Notes: generated from the sequence alone by a model not told the origin. DNA of 45,329 bases from a virus (IMGVR_UViG_2541047734_000008:1-45329), one strand, 5' to 3'. Counted from the first letter of the stretch, positions 9,897 through 19,915 are shown. Translations and numbers: made by a program.

Positions 9897-10600
9897 TAAC
9901 TGACGGTAACAGTGCAGGAAGTGGAGGTCACCTTGTTAACAGGGCTTGCTGAATCAGAAATCTCGCAGGTATACGCACCGGCATCACCTGATGCTGCTGA
10001 TGCCTTACTGAATGTTGCCGCCGTCTGTCCGGAAACAGGAGAACTACCTTTCTTCCAGACATAAGAATAAGGCGGCACACCACCGGCAGCCTCAACCACC
10101 ATTTCGAGTTTCGCTCCGGCAGAAACCTGCAGCGTGCTGTTTAAATCGACCTTCACTTTCAGCGGCTCTGTCGTCAGCACAGGTTTACCTTTCAGGCGCA
10201 GGGAAAACGTTGCAGCCACAACACCATTAGTTCCTGCAGACCAGGTATGCTGACGCACCTCTGCCATAAAGGTAAATCCGTTGCCTGACGGAAAAATAAC
10301 TTTAAAGCCATACGTGGTGTCATTGTCATAGGCACTGCGCAACGCGTTCTGGGCAGCATTGAGGTAAAAGTTGCCTGACATGGAAATCTCTGACGCGGCA
10401 CCAAGGCCGTTAATATTTTCCTGCTCAACAGAACACAGCGTGGTGACATCAATATCCTGCTTTTGTCCTGCGGTAAACTGCACCTCTTTGATTGTACAGC
10501 TCAGGCCAAGATAGCTGGCAGAATCCAGGGTTTCTGCTGTTACCGGTGCAGACGAAATCATAATTTTCGTCAGTTGCGAACGCTCAAAATTAGAGGACAT
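9896..10600 (-). CDS. Major tail protein V with C-terminal Ig-like (Big_2-type) domain
   Basis: Start at MSSNFERSQ.. (ATG 10600) preceded by AGGAGA; C-terminal ..GGVPPYSYVWKKGSSPVSGQTAATF..AGAYTCEISD.. Ig-like fold signature. Confidence 0.8.
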   Translation of the reverse strand: MSSNFERSQLTKIMISSAPVTAETLDSASYLGLSCTIKEVQFTAGQKQDIDVTTLCSVEQENINGLGAASEISMSGNFYLNAAQNALRSAYDNDTTYGFKVIFPSGNGFTFMAEVRQHTWSAGTNGVVAATFSLRLKGKPVLTTEPLKVKVDLNSTLQVSAGAKLEMVVEAAGGVPPYSYVWKKGSSPVSGQTAATFSKASAASGDAGAYTCEISDSASPVNKVTSTSCTVTVS

Positions 10601-10610
10601 ACTCGTCTCC

Positions 10611-10638
10611 TGAAAATAAAAAACCCGCCAGCGGCGGG
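10611..10638 (-). terminator. Candidate intrinsic terminator or attenuator upstream of major tail gene
   Basis: Minus strand CCCGCCGCTGGCGGG hairpin followed by TTTTTTATTTT, immediately before the V RBS. Confidence 0.45.
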
Positions 10639-10659
10639 TGGGTAAAATCATTAACGACC

Positions 10660-11004
10660 TCAGGCTATTACCTGAAATTCAAGCGTGGCTCTGCTCAGAC
10701 GGGAATCAGGATCATAACCCTGAGTTTTAGAAATAACGGAGGGTGCAAGTTGCCTTACCGCATCAAGCGCCTGCTCACGGATATCATCTGCGTCATCAGG
10801 TACTGTTGCCCAGACATCGATCTGCACGGTAATTCTGGATTCAGCCTGACCATCAAGCACATCAGACGCAGTGTCAGACACCACAGAAAATACCAGCCAT
10901 GGCGGAGATACCGCAGGCTTTCCCTCCGTCAGCGGGACCACATAAGGATAAACCTGTCCTCCGGCCAGTTGAGACAGCAGGGAATACAGTGTGGTCTCTC
11001 TCAT
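10660..11004 (-). CDS. Tail completion / tail terminator-like protein (DUF3168-like)
   Basis: 114 aa; position between the gp10-family gene and the major tail gene in an HK97-type connector module. Confidence 0.55.
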   Translation of the reverse strand: MRETTLYSLLSQLAGGQVYPYVVPLTEGKPAVSPPWLVFSVVSDTASDVLDGQAESRITVQIDVWATVPDDADDIREQALDAVRQLAPSVISKTQGYDPDSRLSRATLEFQVIA

Positions 11005-11450
11005 TTACTTAAGACCTCATCAATAGCCTGATTCATTCGCTGTATGGCAATCTGTGCTGCCAGTTCCTCTGTCGTATCGAAAGCCGGGCGAATGAACGGA
11101 TGCGCGGGCATGTTTATCGTTCCCAGCTCCACAAAGCGCCAGTAAAACGCATTTCGGGGATCACTGGCTTTCATGCTGTTATCACTGTTTCCGGTTCGCA
11201 GGTTCCGTCCACGAATGTGGACACCCGAGATAATTTCCCCCCGACGCTTTGAACGCTGAGTGAGAACAACCACATTTTTCTTCAGTTTCCCGGTTCGCTC
11301 CGGCGCACGTTCAACAACTGCATCCCGCATAACTTCAGCACCGGCACGGGTGGCATCGCGCAGTACCTTATTGTTTTCTGCCCTGCTGAGCGTCTCCAGA
11401 TCCCGTGCAATATCCGCCAGACCTGAAAAATCAAGACTGAAATCCATCAC
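11001..11450 (-). CDS. HK97 gp10-family tail component
   Basis: 149 aa; conserved position in the connector module; overlapping start/stop with neighbours. Confidence 0.55.
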   Translation of the reverse strand: MMDFSLDFSGLADIARDLETLSRAENNKVLRDATRAGAEVMRDAVVERAPERTGKLKKNVVVLTQRSKRRGEIISGVHIRGRNLRTGNSDNSMKASDPRNAFYWRFVELGTINMPAHPFIRPAFDTTEELAAQIAIQRMNQAIDEVLSK

Positions 11451-11785
11451 ACATTCCCCTTCTGAGAACAGAGTATCTCAAGCCGTGTGGCACGAGCATC
11501 CGGTATCGGCGGACCGTCTATACTCAGAATCGCGCCTTTGAATGCACCAGTCAGCACTTTCAGACATGAAGTTGCTGTTACATCTCGCCGGAATCTCATC
11601 CAGACCCTCACTGTAGCCTGAGCAGTTTCTGCGCCTCCGGATATTCTCTCCCTGCCACTGATCCCCTTAACTTCTGCCCATATGGTTGCCCCCTCCGTCA
11701 TTGTTTCCACAGGGTGCCCTGACGGAGACCGAACGGTGGTGGCATTCAGAATAACCACACGATCACGTAATCTTCCTGCCTGCAT
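11447..11785 (-). CDS. Head closure / head-tail adaptor protein
   Basis: 112 aa; position downstream of the gp6-like connector. Confidence 0.55.
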   Translation of the reverse strand: MQAGRLRDRVVILNATTVRSPSGHPVETMTEGATIWAEVKGISGRERISGGAETAQATVRVWMRFRRDVTATSCLKVLTGAFKGAILSIDGPPIPDARATRLEILCSQKGNV

Positions 11786-11793
11786 GAGTCCTC

Positions 11794-12099
11794 CTATGTT
11801 CCGGGATGAAATCGATACATCCGCAGTCCGGTATAGAAAAAATCAGGCACTGCATCCTGCATTTCCCTGTTCTCGTACCAGTAGCCAACCAGTTGCATAA
11901 GACGCAGTTTTATCAGAGGTGTTATTACAAGCCCGGTCGTATCCTGCTCAGAAACAGTTTCATCGTAAAGCGTCCGGTTTAAAAACTTTTCAGCCTCTTC
12001 CCTGGCAGCAGCCAGATACATCATAAGAAGAGAATTCTCCTGTTCATTGTCATCATCAATCCGGCACTGAACACGAAGCTCTTCCAGAGTGGGCATCAT
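11794..12099 (-). CDS. Head-tail connector protein (gp6-like)
   Basis: 101 aa, MMPTLEELRVQCRIDDDNEQENSLLMMYLAAAREEAE... gp6-type. Confidence 0.6.
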   Translation of the reverse strand: MMPTLEELRVQCRIDDDNEQENSLLMMYLAAAREEAEKFLNRTLYDETVSEQDTTGLVITPLIKLRLMQLVGYWYENREMQDAVPDFFYTGLRMYRFHPGT

Positions 12100-12110
12100 T
12101 TGGGCAACCT

Positions 12111-12299
12111 CTATGAATGCTGTTTTTTAGACTTATCAGCCCCCCGCGCAACAGGTGTTCTCTTATCAGAGACAATCCCAGCTGCAGTGGCAATTTCGCG
12201 TACCCGTTCGGGTAATTCTTTATCTTCATACTCACCGGCCCGAATAATCTCAACACGCATACCGTCCGGTGACCATTTCAGATCTTGTTTCAGGATCAT
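12111..12299 (-). CDS. Small hypothetical protein between capsid and connector genes
   Basis: 62 aa ORF in operon orientation; no recognisable family. Confidence 0.35.
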   Translation of the reverse strand: MILKQDLKWSPDGMRVEIIRAGEYEDKELPERVREIATAAGIVSDKRTPVARGADKSKKQHS

Positions 12300-12350
12300 G
12301 ATTCTTTCACCTGTCAGAACAGGGGGCGCACTTCTGCGCCCCCTGAATGA

Positions 12351-13556
12351 TTACGCCGCTGCAATCTTCAGCAGTTTGATGGCCTGCGAATCGACCAGCA
12401 TGCCGCCGGTGCGCTTGGTGGTATAAAAACCGACAAACGGTTTATTGGTGTACGGGTCACGCAGAATGCGGGTACCGATACGGTCAACGATGGTGTAACC
12501 CCGTTTGAAGTTACCAAATGCAATGGCTTTCGCATCAGCGGCAATATCCGGCATCTGTTCGTTTTCAGCGATAGCGTAACCCGCCAGAGAGGACGGCTGC
12601 CCCAGCTCCAGCCCAGGACGCCACAGATAGTTACCCTCACTGTCTTTCAGCAGACGGATGGCAAACAGACTGTTGTTGTTCATCATGAACTTCGCGCCAG
12701 TGCGGTGTGCCTTACGCAGCGTGTAAATCAGTTTGATAATGGCATCTGCGGTCACCGCCGTCGCTTCGCCGGATACAATATGCTGAAGTTTGCCGAACGC
12801 CCGGACCTTGTCTGTTTCATCCGTGGACTCATACGCCAGGAACCCTTTCGGCTTCTTGGTACCATCGCCGGTGGTAAAGGCAATTTCTTCCTGTTCGGCA
12901 AATTCGGTTGCCAGCTCGCTGTTGATCCATGCTTCCACGTTGAAAAAGGCATCATCCAGCATTTTCTGGGTGGCCTGCGGGTTACCGTAGATTTCCCCCA
13001 TGAAAGGTTCAATCAGGCCCAGTTTTGAGGTGGCAGTCTTGGAGCGCGCGTCAGTCTCGCCAACCCATCCGGAAGCCGTGCCGCCCAGATTCACCAGTTT
13101 TTTGTAGTCGGAACCACCAACGCTGATCACCGTGGCTTCCTGGCGCATCACCACTTCATCTTTCAGCAGGGTGAGAATGTTGCGATCCAGTGCTTCCGGC
13201 ACGGCATAGCCGCCGTCTTCATCGGTGCCCACCTGTAATGCCTTGCGCTCCAGATCGCGCAGACCGTCTTCACGGCCTTTACGCAGGAAGCCCACAAACG
13301 CTTCTTTATGCTCGGTGGCCAGTTTATTTTGCGCACCACCTGCCGGACGTTTCAGCTCAAGCAGCTCTTTTTCAAGATCGCTTTTGAGGTTTTCCAGCTC
13401 GCTGAGTTTCCCGTTCAGGGTTTCCACCTGCCCGGCAAGTTTGCCTTTTTCCTGCTCAATCGCATCCACGCGCTTGTCGTTCTTTGCTTTGAAGTCGTCA
13501 AACTTCTGCTGCAGCTCCTGCGCGACCTGTTCGACATCTTTAATATCAACCGCCAT
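12351..13556 (-). CDS. Major capsid protein, HK97 family
   Basis: 401 aa; N-terminal coiled-coil delta domain then HK97 fold core (..GFLAYESTDETDKVRAFGKLQ..GYTIVDRIGTR..). Confidence 0.9.
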   Translation of the reverse strand: MAVDIKDVEQVAQELQQKFDDFKAKNDKRVDAIEQEKGKLAGQVETLNGKLSELENLKSDLEKELLELKRPAGGAQNKLATEHKEAFVGFLRKGREDGLRDLERKALQVGTDEDGGYAVPEALDRNILTLLKDEVVMRQEATVISVGGSDYKKLVNLGGTASGWVGETDARSKTATSKLGLIEPFMGEIYGNPQATQKMLDDAFFNVEAWINSELATEFAEQEEIAFTTGDGTKKPKGFLAYESTDETDKVRAFGKLQHIVSGEATAVTADAIIKLIYTLRKAHRTGAKFMMNNNSLFAIRLLKDSEGNYLWRPGLELGQPSSLAGYAIAENEQMPDIAADAKAIAFGNFKRGYTIVDRIGTRILRDPYTNKPFVGFYTTKRTGGMLVDSQAIKLLKIAAA

Positions 13557-13570
13557 CGTATTTCTCCTGA

Positions 13571-14257
13571 TTAGAAGTTTAGATTTTTCAGTGCATTCAG
13601 TGCAGAGCCCACATCCTCAGCGTCGCGCAGGGACAGTGCGCCATAGCCCCCGGCCATGAATGCTTTGGCCTGGGTACGGGAGAGTCCGACATCACGCAGG
13701 ACTCTTTCGATTTTTTTCTGTTCGGGGATTTCCCCGCGGGCCAGTGCGTTCTTGACGTCGCTGATCCGCGCCTCGTCGTTAGACGGGAACGTCACCAGGC
13801 TGACTTCCCAGAGGTCGATTTCTTTCAGCAGAAAGGCTTCTTTGCTCCGGTCGTATTCCCAGTCTTTCAGGACGTACCCAATAGAAAGGCCGGTTAACGA
13901 ACCGGCCTTCATGTGTGCATGTGCGCGTTTTGCGAGGGGATCATCATCAATAAGCAACCGTCCCCTGACGTAAAGCCCGACATCGTCTTCCTTCATTTCG
14001 GTGTAAACACCGATGGGTTCATCCATGCGGTGCTGCCAGAGCAGCGCAGGTAACGCTTTTCTGTCACTCCACGCCCGCAGGGAAGCAGCAAATGCCCCGG
14101 ACATCACCACATCATCGTGGCTGTCCTTTACACCAAAGACGGAGCCATACCCTTCAAACTCACCGGAGTCACTGACAGATTTCAGACTCAGCGGTACATC
14201 AAGACGTTGTTTCGTCTGCATTGGCGTTATCCTTCTGCTTACCGGCTTTACTGCCAT
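13571..14257 (-). CDS. Prohead protease (HK97 family)
   Basis: 228 aa (..GYGSVFGVKDSHDDVVMSGAF..); between portal and capsid. Confidence 0.85.
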   Translation of the reverse strand: MAVKPVSRRITPMQTKQRLDVPLSLKSVSDSGEFEGYGSVFGVKDSHDDVVMSGAFAASLRAWSDRKALPALLWQHRMDEPIGVYTEMKEDDVGLYVRGRLLIDDDPLAKRAHAHMKAGSLTGLSIGYVLKDWEYDRSKEAFLLKEIDLWEVSLVTFPSNDEARISDVKNALARGEIPEQKKIERVLRDVGLSRTQAKAFMAGGYGALSLRDAEDVGSALNALKNLNF

Positions 14258-15440
14258 CGGATGGTTTCGTGGTCATGTTCATCGGTGTGAGATAGACATC
14301 CCCACCGGGACGCGGATTCATATCTTCCAGGTCGCGGCAGTCATTGGGAGAGTAAATTCCCCAGTTGATCCCGGTGGCGTAGGCTTCAAAACGGGACTTC
14401 ATATCCCCGCGCAGTAACGCCCCGGCGTTAAATTTGGCGTAATAAACGCCCTGCTTACTTTTTCGTACCAGTCCGGTGTTGATCCGCTGTTCGATGCGGG
14501 TCAGATACGGCACCAGTGAATAGTTGATAAATCCCAGCCCCAGCTCTTCGATATTGTTGAAGGTGGCGCGATCGGTGTTCTGCACCATGTGCAACGGCAC
14601 CCGGAACAGACGACAGATTTCTTCAAGCTGAAACTTGCGGGTTTCCAGGAACTGGCTGTCCTCGGCGTTCAGCGCCATCGACTTCCAGTCCAGCCCCATC
14701 TCAAGGATCATCGGGCGGTGAGCATTGCCAAGCCCGGTGTGACGCTCCTCAAAATCTTTCTTCAGGCGCTCATAAGCCTGATCTGACAGCGTCTGCTCTG
14801 TACGCAACACACCGGACGTCACCGCACCATTGCTGAACAGTCTGGCCCCGTGCTCTTCGGTCGCTGCCGCCAGCGATATTGCCTCGCGGGCATAGGCGAT
14901 GGGATTCAGCCCCACCAGACCGTCCAGCGTCAGCGTGCGCACATGCCAGATATCTTCCTGGCTCAGTACATCCGTGGAACCGTCCGGGAATGTGACCTGA
15001 TAGACCGGCTCCCAGCGACTGTTAAGCTTCGGTACCACACAACCGGGATCGACGGGCAGCAGTTCAGCCACTTCGCCAAATGCTTTCACTTTGTAGGCGT
15101 AAAAGTTCCCCCTCAGGCACAGACAGGTGACCACCAGCTCCCAGAACTCCTGCGGCGTCATATAGCCATTGGGATGCGTGGAGATCAGCTTATGCAGACG
15201 TTCGCCGGTGGCCCTCTGTTTCAGGCTGCCGTTCAGATGATACAGATTGCAGGGCAACATCCCGACCGACTCTGCCAGCACTCTGACGCAGGAAAAAACC
15301 GCCGTCAGTCGCATGGCCCGCTGACTGCTGATCTGCTTTCCGGTATAGGTGTCGTAAGACAACCCGATGGCATCCGCCAGCTCTGCTGGCGTGGTCACCG
15401 GCACGTCACTTTTTCGTTGAAATAATCCCGAAAAGAACAC
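14199..15440 (-). CDS. Portal protein (HK97 family)
   Basis: 413 aa; upstream of protease, downstream of terminase. Confidence 0.85.
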   Translation of the reverse strand: MFFSGLFQRKSDVPVTTPAELADAIGLSYDTYTGKQISSQRAMRLTAVFSCVRVLAESVGMLPCNLYHLNGSLKQRATGERLHKLISTHPNGYMTPQEFWELVVTCLCLRGNFYAYKVKAFGEVAELLPVDPGCVVPKLNSRWEPVYQVTFPDGSTDVLSQEDIWHVRTLTLDGLVGLNPIAYAREAISLAAATEEHGARLFSNGAVTSGVLRTEQTLSDQAYERLKKDFEERHTGLGNAHRPMILEMGLDWKSMALNAEDSQFLETRKFQLEEICRLFRVPLHMVQNTDRATFNNIEELGLGFINYSLVPYLTRIEQRINTGLVRKSKQGVYYAKFNAGALLRGDMKSRFEAYATGINWGIYSPNDCRDLEDMNPRPGGDVYLTPMNMTTKPSDGSKAGKQKDNANADETTS

Positions 15441-15622
15441 TATTTACCTCCGCCGACAGACGGCTGTGTACGGTCGAGATATCGCGCCACCAGCCACGAC
15501 CAGAACAGGCACAGCACCCCGGCAACAACAAAACCCGCCGGGGGATAAATCAGCCAGGCACCATACGCCAGCAAAAGCGCACCCAGCACGCCCACCAGTG
15601 GCGCGAGAATTATCAGAAACAT
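15440..15622 (-). CDS. Small predicted membrane protein
   Basis: 60 aa, hydrophobic ([24 protein letters not shown]..); between terL and portal. Confidence 0.35.
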   Translation of the reverse strand: MFLIILAPLVGVLGALLLAYGAWLIYPPAGFVVAGVLCLFWSWLVARYLDRTQPSVGGGK

Positions 15623-15633
15623 AATGACCTCGG

Positions 15634-16370
15634 TTAAAGCGAGCGGATGCCCACGCTGATCAGATGTTCAGACAGATCCAGCTCCGGTTCACCACCATTG
15701 ACCAGCATCCGGCTCATTGCTGTAAACATCGCAACAGGGCCGTCGATTTTGGCTTCCAGCGTGGATTTATTCGGGAAGATATTGTCGTTTTTGTCCGGTT
15801 TTACCGTAACGTTAGACATCATCCAGTTCATGACCGGATGATTGCTGTGATGGAAACGCCCGGCATAGACCAGTGATTCCGTTTCCTTCATGGCCTCTGA
15901 CAGATTGCGAACCGTCTGCGGAACCTCCACCAGCGGTATCCCTTCTTCAGCCAGTGCCAGGCTGAACTGCATCGCGCTCCACGGGTCAAATCCCAGTTCC
16001 CTGAGGTTTTCACCACCAATCCATTCCAGTAAGTCACTTTTTATCTGAGCATGATCGATAACATCACCATCCGTCAGAATCAGCTTATCCATCTCCGCCC
16101 ACTTCCGGTAAAGTTCTGCCTGCTGCCGCGAGCATCGTTCCAGCCGTCCTTCCGGAAGCCAGAATTTAAAATCGGCATGAACATGCCCGTTATCCGTTCG
16201 CCAGAGTTTTGCCGCCGCACAGATATCAATCTTATGAGCAAGGTCAACGCCGACCCACATGGGATACGTTTTCAGCTCATGTCGTGGGGCAATGTATTCG
16301 CACTTCTCCCACTTAATCATGTCCATCCAGGCAGACTCTGCTGTTACCCACACATTCATGTGTTTGGTAA
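15634..16370 (-). pseudogene. Prophage terminase large subunit, C-terminal (nuclease-domain) fragment
   Basis: 241 aa ORF (..NVWVTAESAWMD..VGVDLAHKIDICAA..) aligns to the last ~243 aa of the intact island TerL; in-frame upstream codons ..NILTKH end at a stop inside island DNA; no ATPase domain. Confidence 0.85.
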
Positions 16371-16651
16371 GAATATTTCAAGTTTTTTAAAATCACCTGT
16401 ATATCAATCATTTAACATGAAAAAACAGTCTTTATAAATCATCGAGCAATACACAGCGCAATACACGTATCTGTATTGTTTTAATGCTGATACACACCGT
16501 TTTTTGATACAGTGATTCGACCTACCATCGCGAAGCATTTTTTATTTCTTGTGTGTAACAATCTGACGAGGTGAGCACTCAAAGAGATAAGAGGCAGTAG
16601 AAATTTCGATCCCCCCTGAATGCAATTTTTCGTATATATATACAAAACAGT

Positions 16652-16810
16652 GCGGGTTATGCGGGTTAGCGGGTTATCTTCGCGTGCTAAGTATTTTTTA
16701 CTCTTTAATATCAATACGTTAAAAAACAACGTATCTAAATATCAGCCAGAATGTAACCCGCAAGACATTCAAAATAACCCGCAAACACCACTCAAATAAC
16801 CCGCAAAAAC
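16652..16810. repeat. Repeat cluster near island left end: GCGGGTTA x3 tandem (16652..16677) and ATAACCCGCAA x3 in opposite orientation spaced ~22 bp (16755..16810), flanking an AT-rich core
   Basis: Directly visible 8-11 bp repeats in a ~520 bp noncoding stretch downstream of island terL. Confidence 0.7.
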
Positions 16811-16885
16811 ATCCCTGAAAGTGGGTGCCGATAATACTGAAAATTTATTCCATTAAATGAGCATTATCCTCTCTCATCCATTCCG

Positions 16886-18547
16886 TTACACACCATCAAA
16901 CGTCGCAAGCCGCTCTTTGTGGTTGTCGCTCATATCAAATGCAAATTCTTCATGCTCTGCCTGGAATGTGCCAAACGCCATCAGCGCCGCAACGCTCGGG
17001 TCTATCTTGTTGGATGATTTTTTCTTGTTCGGCTTGATATTGGCGTTCGCGTCACTCTGCATCACAACATTACTCATTGACCAGGCCAGCACCGGATCAC
17101 CACGATGCACAATCACCTTCCGGTTAACAAAAACTTCGAACGATTTCGCCGCCGGACTGAAACGAAGGTACGTTTGCGGGAACGGCTCCACCTCAAATCC
17201 TGCGCCCTGTAGCTGCGTCCTCAGGTGCGTGGCGTTCCATGTATCGAAACCCACCAGCCTGATATTGAAATTCTCTGCATCCGCCATGATGTCATCACGG
17301 ATACGGTCATAATCAATGCAGTCACCCGGTGTTGTGCGTATCCAGCCCGCCTTTACCCACTGGCGATAGATGGCGCGGTTTTTATTGGCGGGGTTCTGTA
17401 GCTGAAATTCCGGCAGATAGTGACGGGAAACCAGCATAATCTTTTTACCGACCGGAAAGGCATAGCACACGCTGGAAATATCGCTGGTTGATGATAAGTC
17501 CAGCCCCGCGTAGCACTCCTGCCCGTATAAATCCGCCTCCGCGAACGTTCCGGCGCACTCCGCCCATGCACCGTTACCCATCCACGGCGTGGCCCCCTGA
17601 CACCAGATATTGAATCGCTTGGTGAGCATTTCCACCCACTGCGACGGAATACCCCGCGCTTTCTGGATGGTTGAGGCCAGTTTTTCACGATCGACGGAAA
17701 CATCGATATTGGGATTCGCCTTTATCCACATCGCCGGATCGTCAACCTCGCTTTCATCATCCAGCTCGTAAATCAGCACGAACATGGATTCGTTCACCTC
17801 TTCACCATCCAGTATCTGGCAGCAATAGTCGTAGTGTTGTTTACAGGCTGAAACAACGTTGCTCCCCGATGTGGTGATGGCAAATAATAACCCCTCCGGA
17901 CGCGCCCCCATTCCCAGTTCAAGCGCGGAATAAACCCCGTTGTCAGGGTGCAGGTGATATTCATCCACAATGGCAAGACTCGGGTTTGTACCTTCAATGG
18001 TTGCCGCTTTTGCTGCCAGTGGCTTTAACAGGCTGTTGGTTTTCGGGTGTATCACCTTGTGTGCCTGAATATTTACCCGCTTTCGCAACGGTCGGGATAA
18101 AAGGCACATCTGACACGCATCATCAAACACGATCCGCGCCTGATCACGACTCACGGCGGCGGTGTAAATATCCTGCTGCCCGTTTTCCATAACCAGAAAC
18201 CAGTTAGCCAGGATAGCGGCGACCGTGGATTTGGCATTTTTTCGCGGCACTTCAATGAATGCGCTGGTGTATTTGCGCCGTCCGGTGGCCTTAACCTTAA
18301 AGCCCAGGATGCACGCAAAGGCGAACTGCTGCCACGGCTCCAGCTCAATGGGGCTACCGCGCATTGCGCCTTTTACGTGCGGACACACCCTGGAAAAGGC
18401 AATAAACCGCTCCACGACCTCCGGATCGAACGTGTAAAGGGGGTTTTCAAGGTCAGAAAAATACCGTTTAACGGCCTGTTTCAGTCGTTTACAGGCCGTA
18501 ATTTTGCCGTTTTTTACGCCTTCTGCGTACTCATGCCAGGCGGTCAA
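16886..18547 (-). CDS. Island terminase large subunit (intact)
   Basis: 553 aa; ATPase N-domain and nuclease C-domain; homologous along its length to the two prophage terL fragments. Confidence 0.9.
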   Translation of the reverse strand: MTAWHEYAEGVKNGKITACKRLKQAVKRYFSDLENPLYTFDPEVVERFIAFSRVCPHVKGAMRGSPIELEPWQQFAFACILGFKVKATGRRKYTSAFIEVPRKNAKSTVAAILANWFLVMENGQQDIYTAAVSRDQARIVFDDACQMCLLSRPLRKRVNIQAHKVIHPKTNSLLKPLAAKAATIEGTNPSLAIVDEYHLHPDNGVYSALELGMGARPEGLLFAITTSGSNVVSACKQHYDYCCQILDGEEVNESMFVLIYELDDESEVDDPAMWIKANPNIDVSVDREKLASTIQKARGIPSQWVEMLTKRFNIWCQGATPWMGNGAWAECAGTFAEADLYGQECYAGLDLSSTSDISSVCYAFPVGKKIMLVSRHYLPEFQLQNPANKNRAIYRQWVKAGWIRTTPGDCIDYDRIRDDIMADAENFNIRLVGFDTWNATHLRTQLQGAGFEVEPFPQTYLRFSPAAKSFEVFVNRKVIVHRGDPVLAWSMSNVVMQSDANANIKPNKKKSSNKIDPSVAALMAFGTFQAEHEEFAFDMSDNHKERLATFDGV

Positions 18548-18890
18548 GCTCGTCCTCTTCCTCTGTTTCCGGTGGATTTCTGCGGCGACTTACCGGGTCA
18601 AAACCCAGCAAAGAAGCCATTTTGATCATTATTCTTTCCGCGTCAGCCTTTGCGCTCAGGGCGGGGTTTCTGCTCTCGCTGCCCTGACTGTTAACAATGC
18701 TGAACCCGCGCGTGGCAAGGTCTTCGACGGCTTTGCGGTATATGGAGTAGTTAACGCAATACAGCTCCAGATTGCTCCAGTCGGCGGGGGTAAGGTCTTC
18801 CCGTCCGGAAAGCTGGCGCGATTTTTCCTTCCACTGCCTGACCGCGATTTCATCCAGGTAAGCGGGGGCTTTTGGTGGTCTTGCCATGTT
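18531..18890 (-). CDS. Island terminase small subunit (P27 family)
   Basis: Start placed at MARPPKAPAYLDE.. (compare prophage TerS MSGPPKTPP..); the ORF track's longer start at 19028 adds non-protein-like residues. Confidence 0.75.
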   Translation of the reverse strand, partial: NMARPPKAPAYLDEIAVRQWKEKSRQLSGREDLTPADWSNLELYCVNYSIYRKAVEDLATRGFSIVNSQGSESRNPALSAKADAERIMIKMASLLGFDPVSRRRNPPETEEEDELDRLA

Positions 18891-19175
18891 CTTTTTTCGC
18901 CCAATTATTTTCAAAAAAAATCCCGTGCACAAAAATTTGAGGAGGCGGTCGGTGTCCGGCAGGGACGGTTTCGTCCTGAAAACCTCCCCCACCCCCTCTG
19001 ACAGCCTCACCAGCGATTGCGAAAACATTCCATGACCTCGCGGTCACGGTCGGTTAATCGCTTCGCTGTGGTGCGTTCTGTGCGCCCTGTCCTGTTAGCT
19101 TTGTGCCCTGTCTCCTGTGTCTTCCATAAGTCACGCTGCCTTATCAGTCCACGTATCAGCCTGTTTTGCTCCTGT

Positions 19176-19616
19176 TCAGTCATCATCGCCATACATCCAG
19201 TCGTTACGATGTGCCGCCCGTTCTTCCTGCTCGCGATACATACCCGCCTTACGGTTCGCTTTCGTGGCTGGATCTTCCCGTGTCGTCTTACGGTTGTGGC
19301 ACGTCTGGCACAATGCCTGGTGGTTCCACTCAGGCCAGAAGAGAACATCACCGCCGCCATTGATGGGAATGATGTGATCCACCACAAGAGCTGGCGTATA
19401 AATCCCCTTAGCCAGACAACGCACGCATAACGGGTTTTTGCTCAGGTACAGGGCGCGGTATTTGTCCCACTGTCGGGAATACCCGCGCGCGCGGCGGTGT
19501 CCCCGTCTGGCATCCTCTGCACGCCATGCAGCCCGCCTGTGCTCTTCACACTTGCCGGACTTCACGCGCTTATTACAGCCCGGCTCAGTGCATCGCCTTA
19601 ATGGTTGCCACGGCAT
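19176..19616 (-). CDS. Island HNH endonuclease
   Basis: 146 aa, Cys-rich N-terminus, ..VDHIIPINGGGDV...NHQALCQTCHNRKT.. HNH motif; located upstream of terS. Confidence 0.8.
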   Translation of the reverse strand: MPWQPLRRCTEPGCNKRVKSGKCEEHRRAAWRAEDARRGHRRARGYSRQWDKYRALYLSKNPLCVRCLAKGIYTPALVVDHIIPINGGGDVLFWPEWNHQALCQTCHNRKTTREDPATKANRKAGMYREQEERAAHRNDWMYGDDD

Positions 19617-19915
19617 CAGTACACCCCCACATCACGATAAACCGACCAGAGCGCAGAAATAGCCATAGGCAGTTCAGACTGCTCCACTGGTGAAACTGCT
19701 TCCCTGTTCTCGTACAGGAAAGCGATGTACATCAGGCAACCAACACGCATTGCCGGGGTAAATTCCAGCCCGTCTTCAAAACGTTTCCCGATATGCTTCT
19801 GGCAGGCTTCCAGCGCCGCATCGGTATACATTTTCAGAAGTTCGCCTTCTCCGGAAAAGTCATCAAGGCGAAGATGTGCCCTGACCTCATCAGGTGTAAT
19901 TTTTTCTTCACTCAT
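19616..19915 (-). CDS. Island head-tail connector protein (gp6-like)
   Basis: Start at MSEEKITPDEVRAHLRLDD..; gp6-like. Confidence 0.6.
   Translation of the reverse strand: MSEEKITPDEVRAHLRLDDFSGEGELLKMYTDAALEACQKHIGKRFEDGLEFTPAMRVGCLMYIAFLYENREAVSPVEQSELPMAISALWSVYRDVGVY

Noticed and set aside
18891-19028. Longer start for the island terS (165 aa)
   Set aside because: The first 46 codons are not protein-like, and the downstream Met aligns with the prophage TerS N-terminus.
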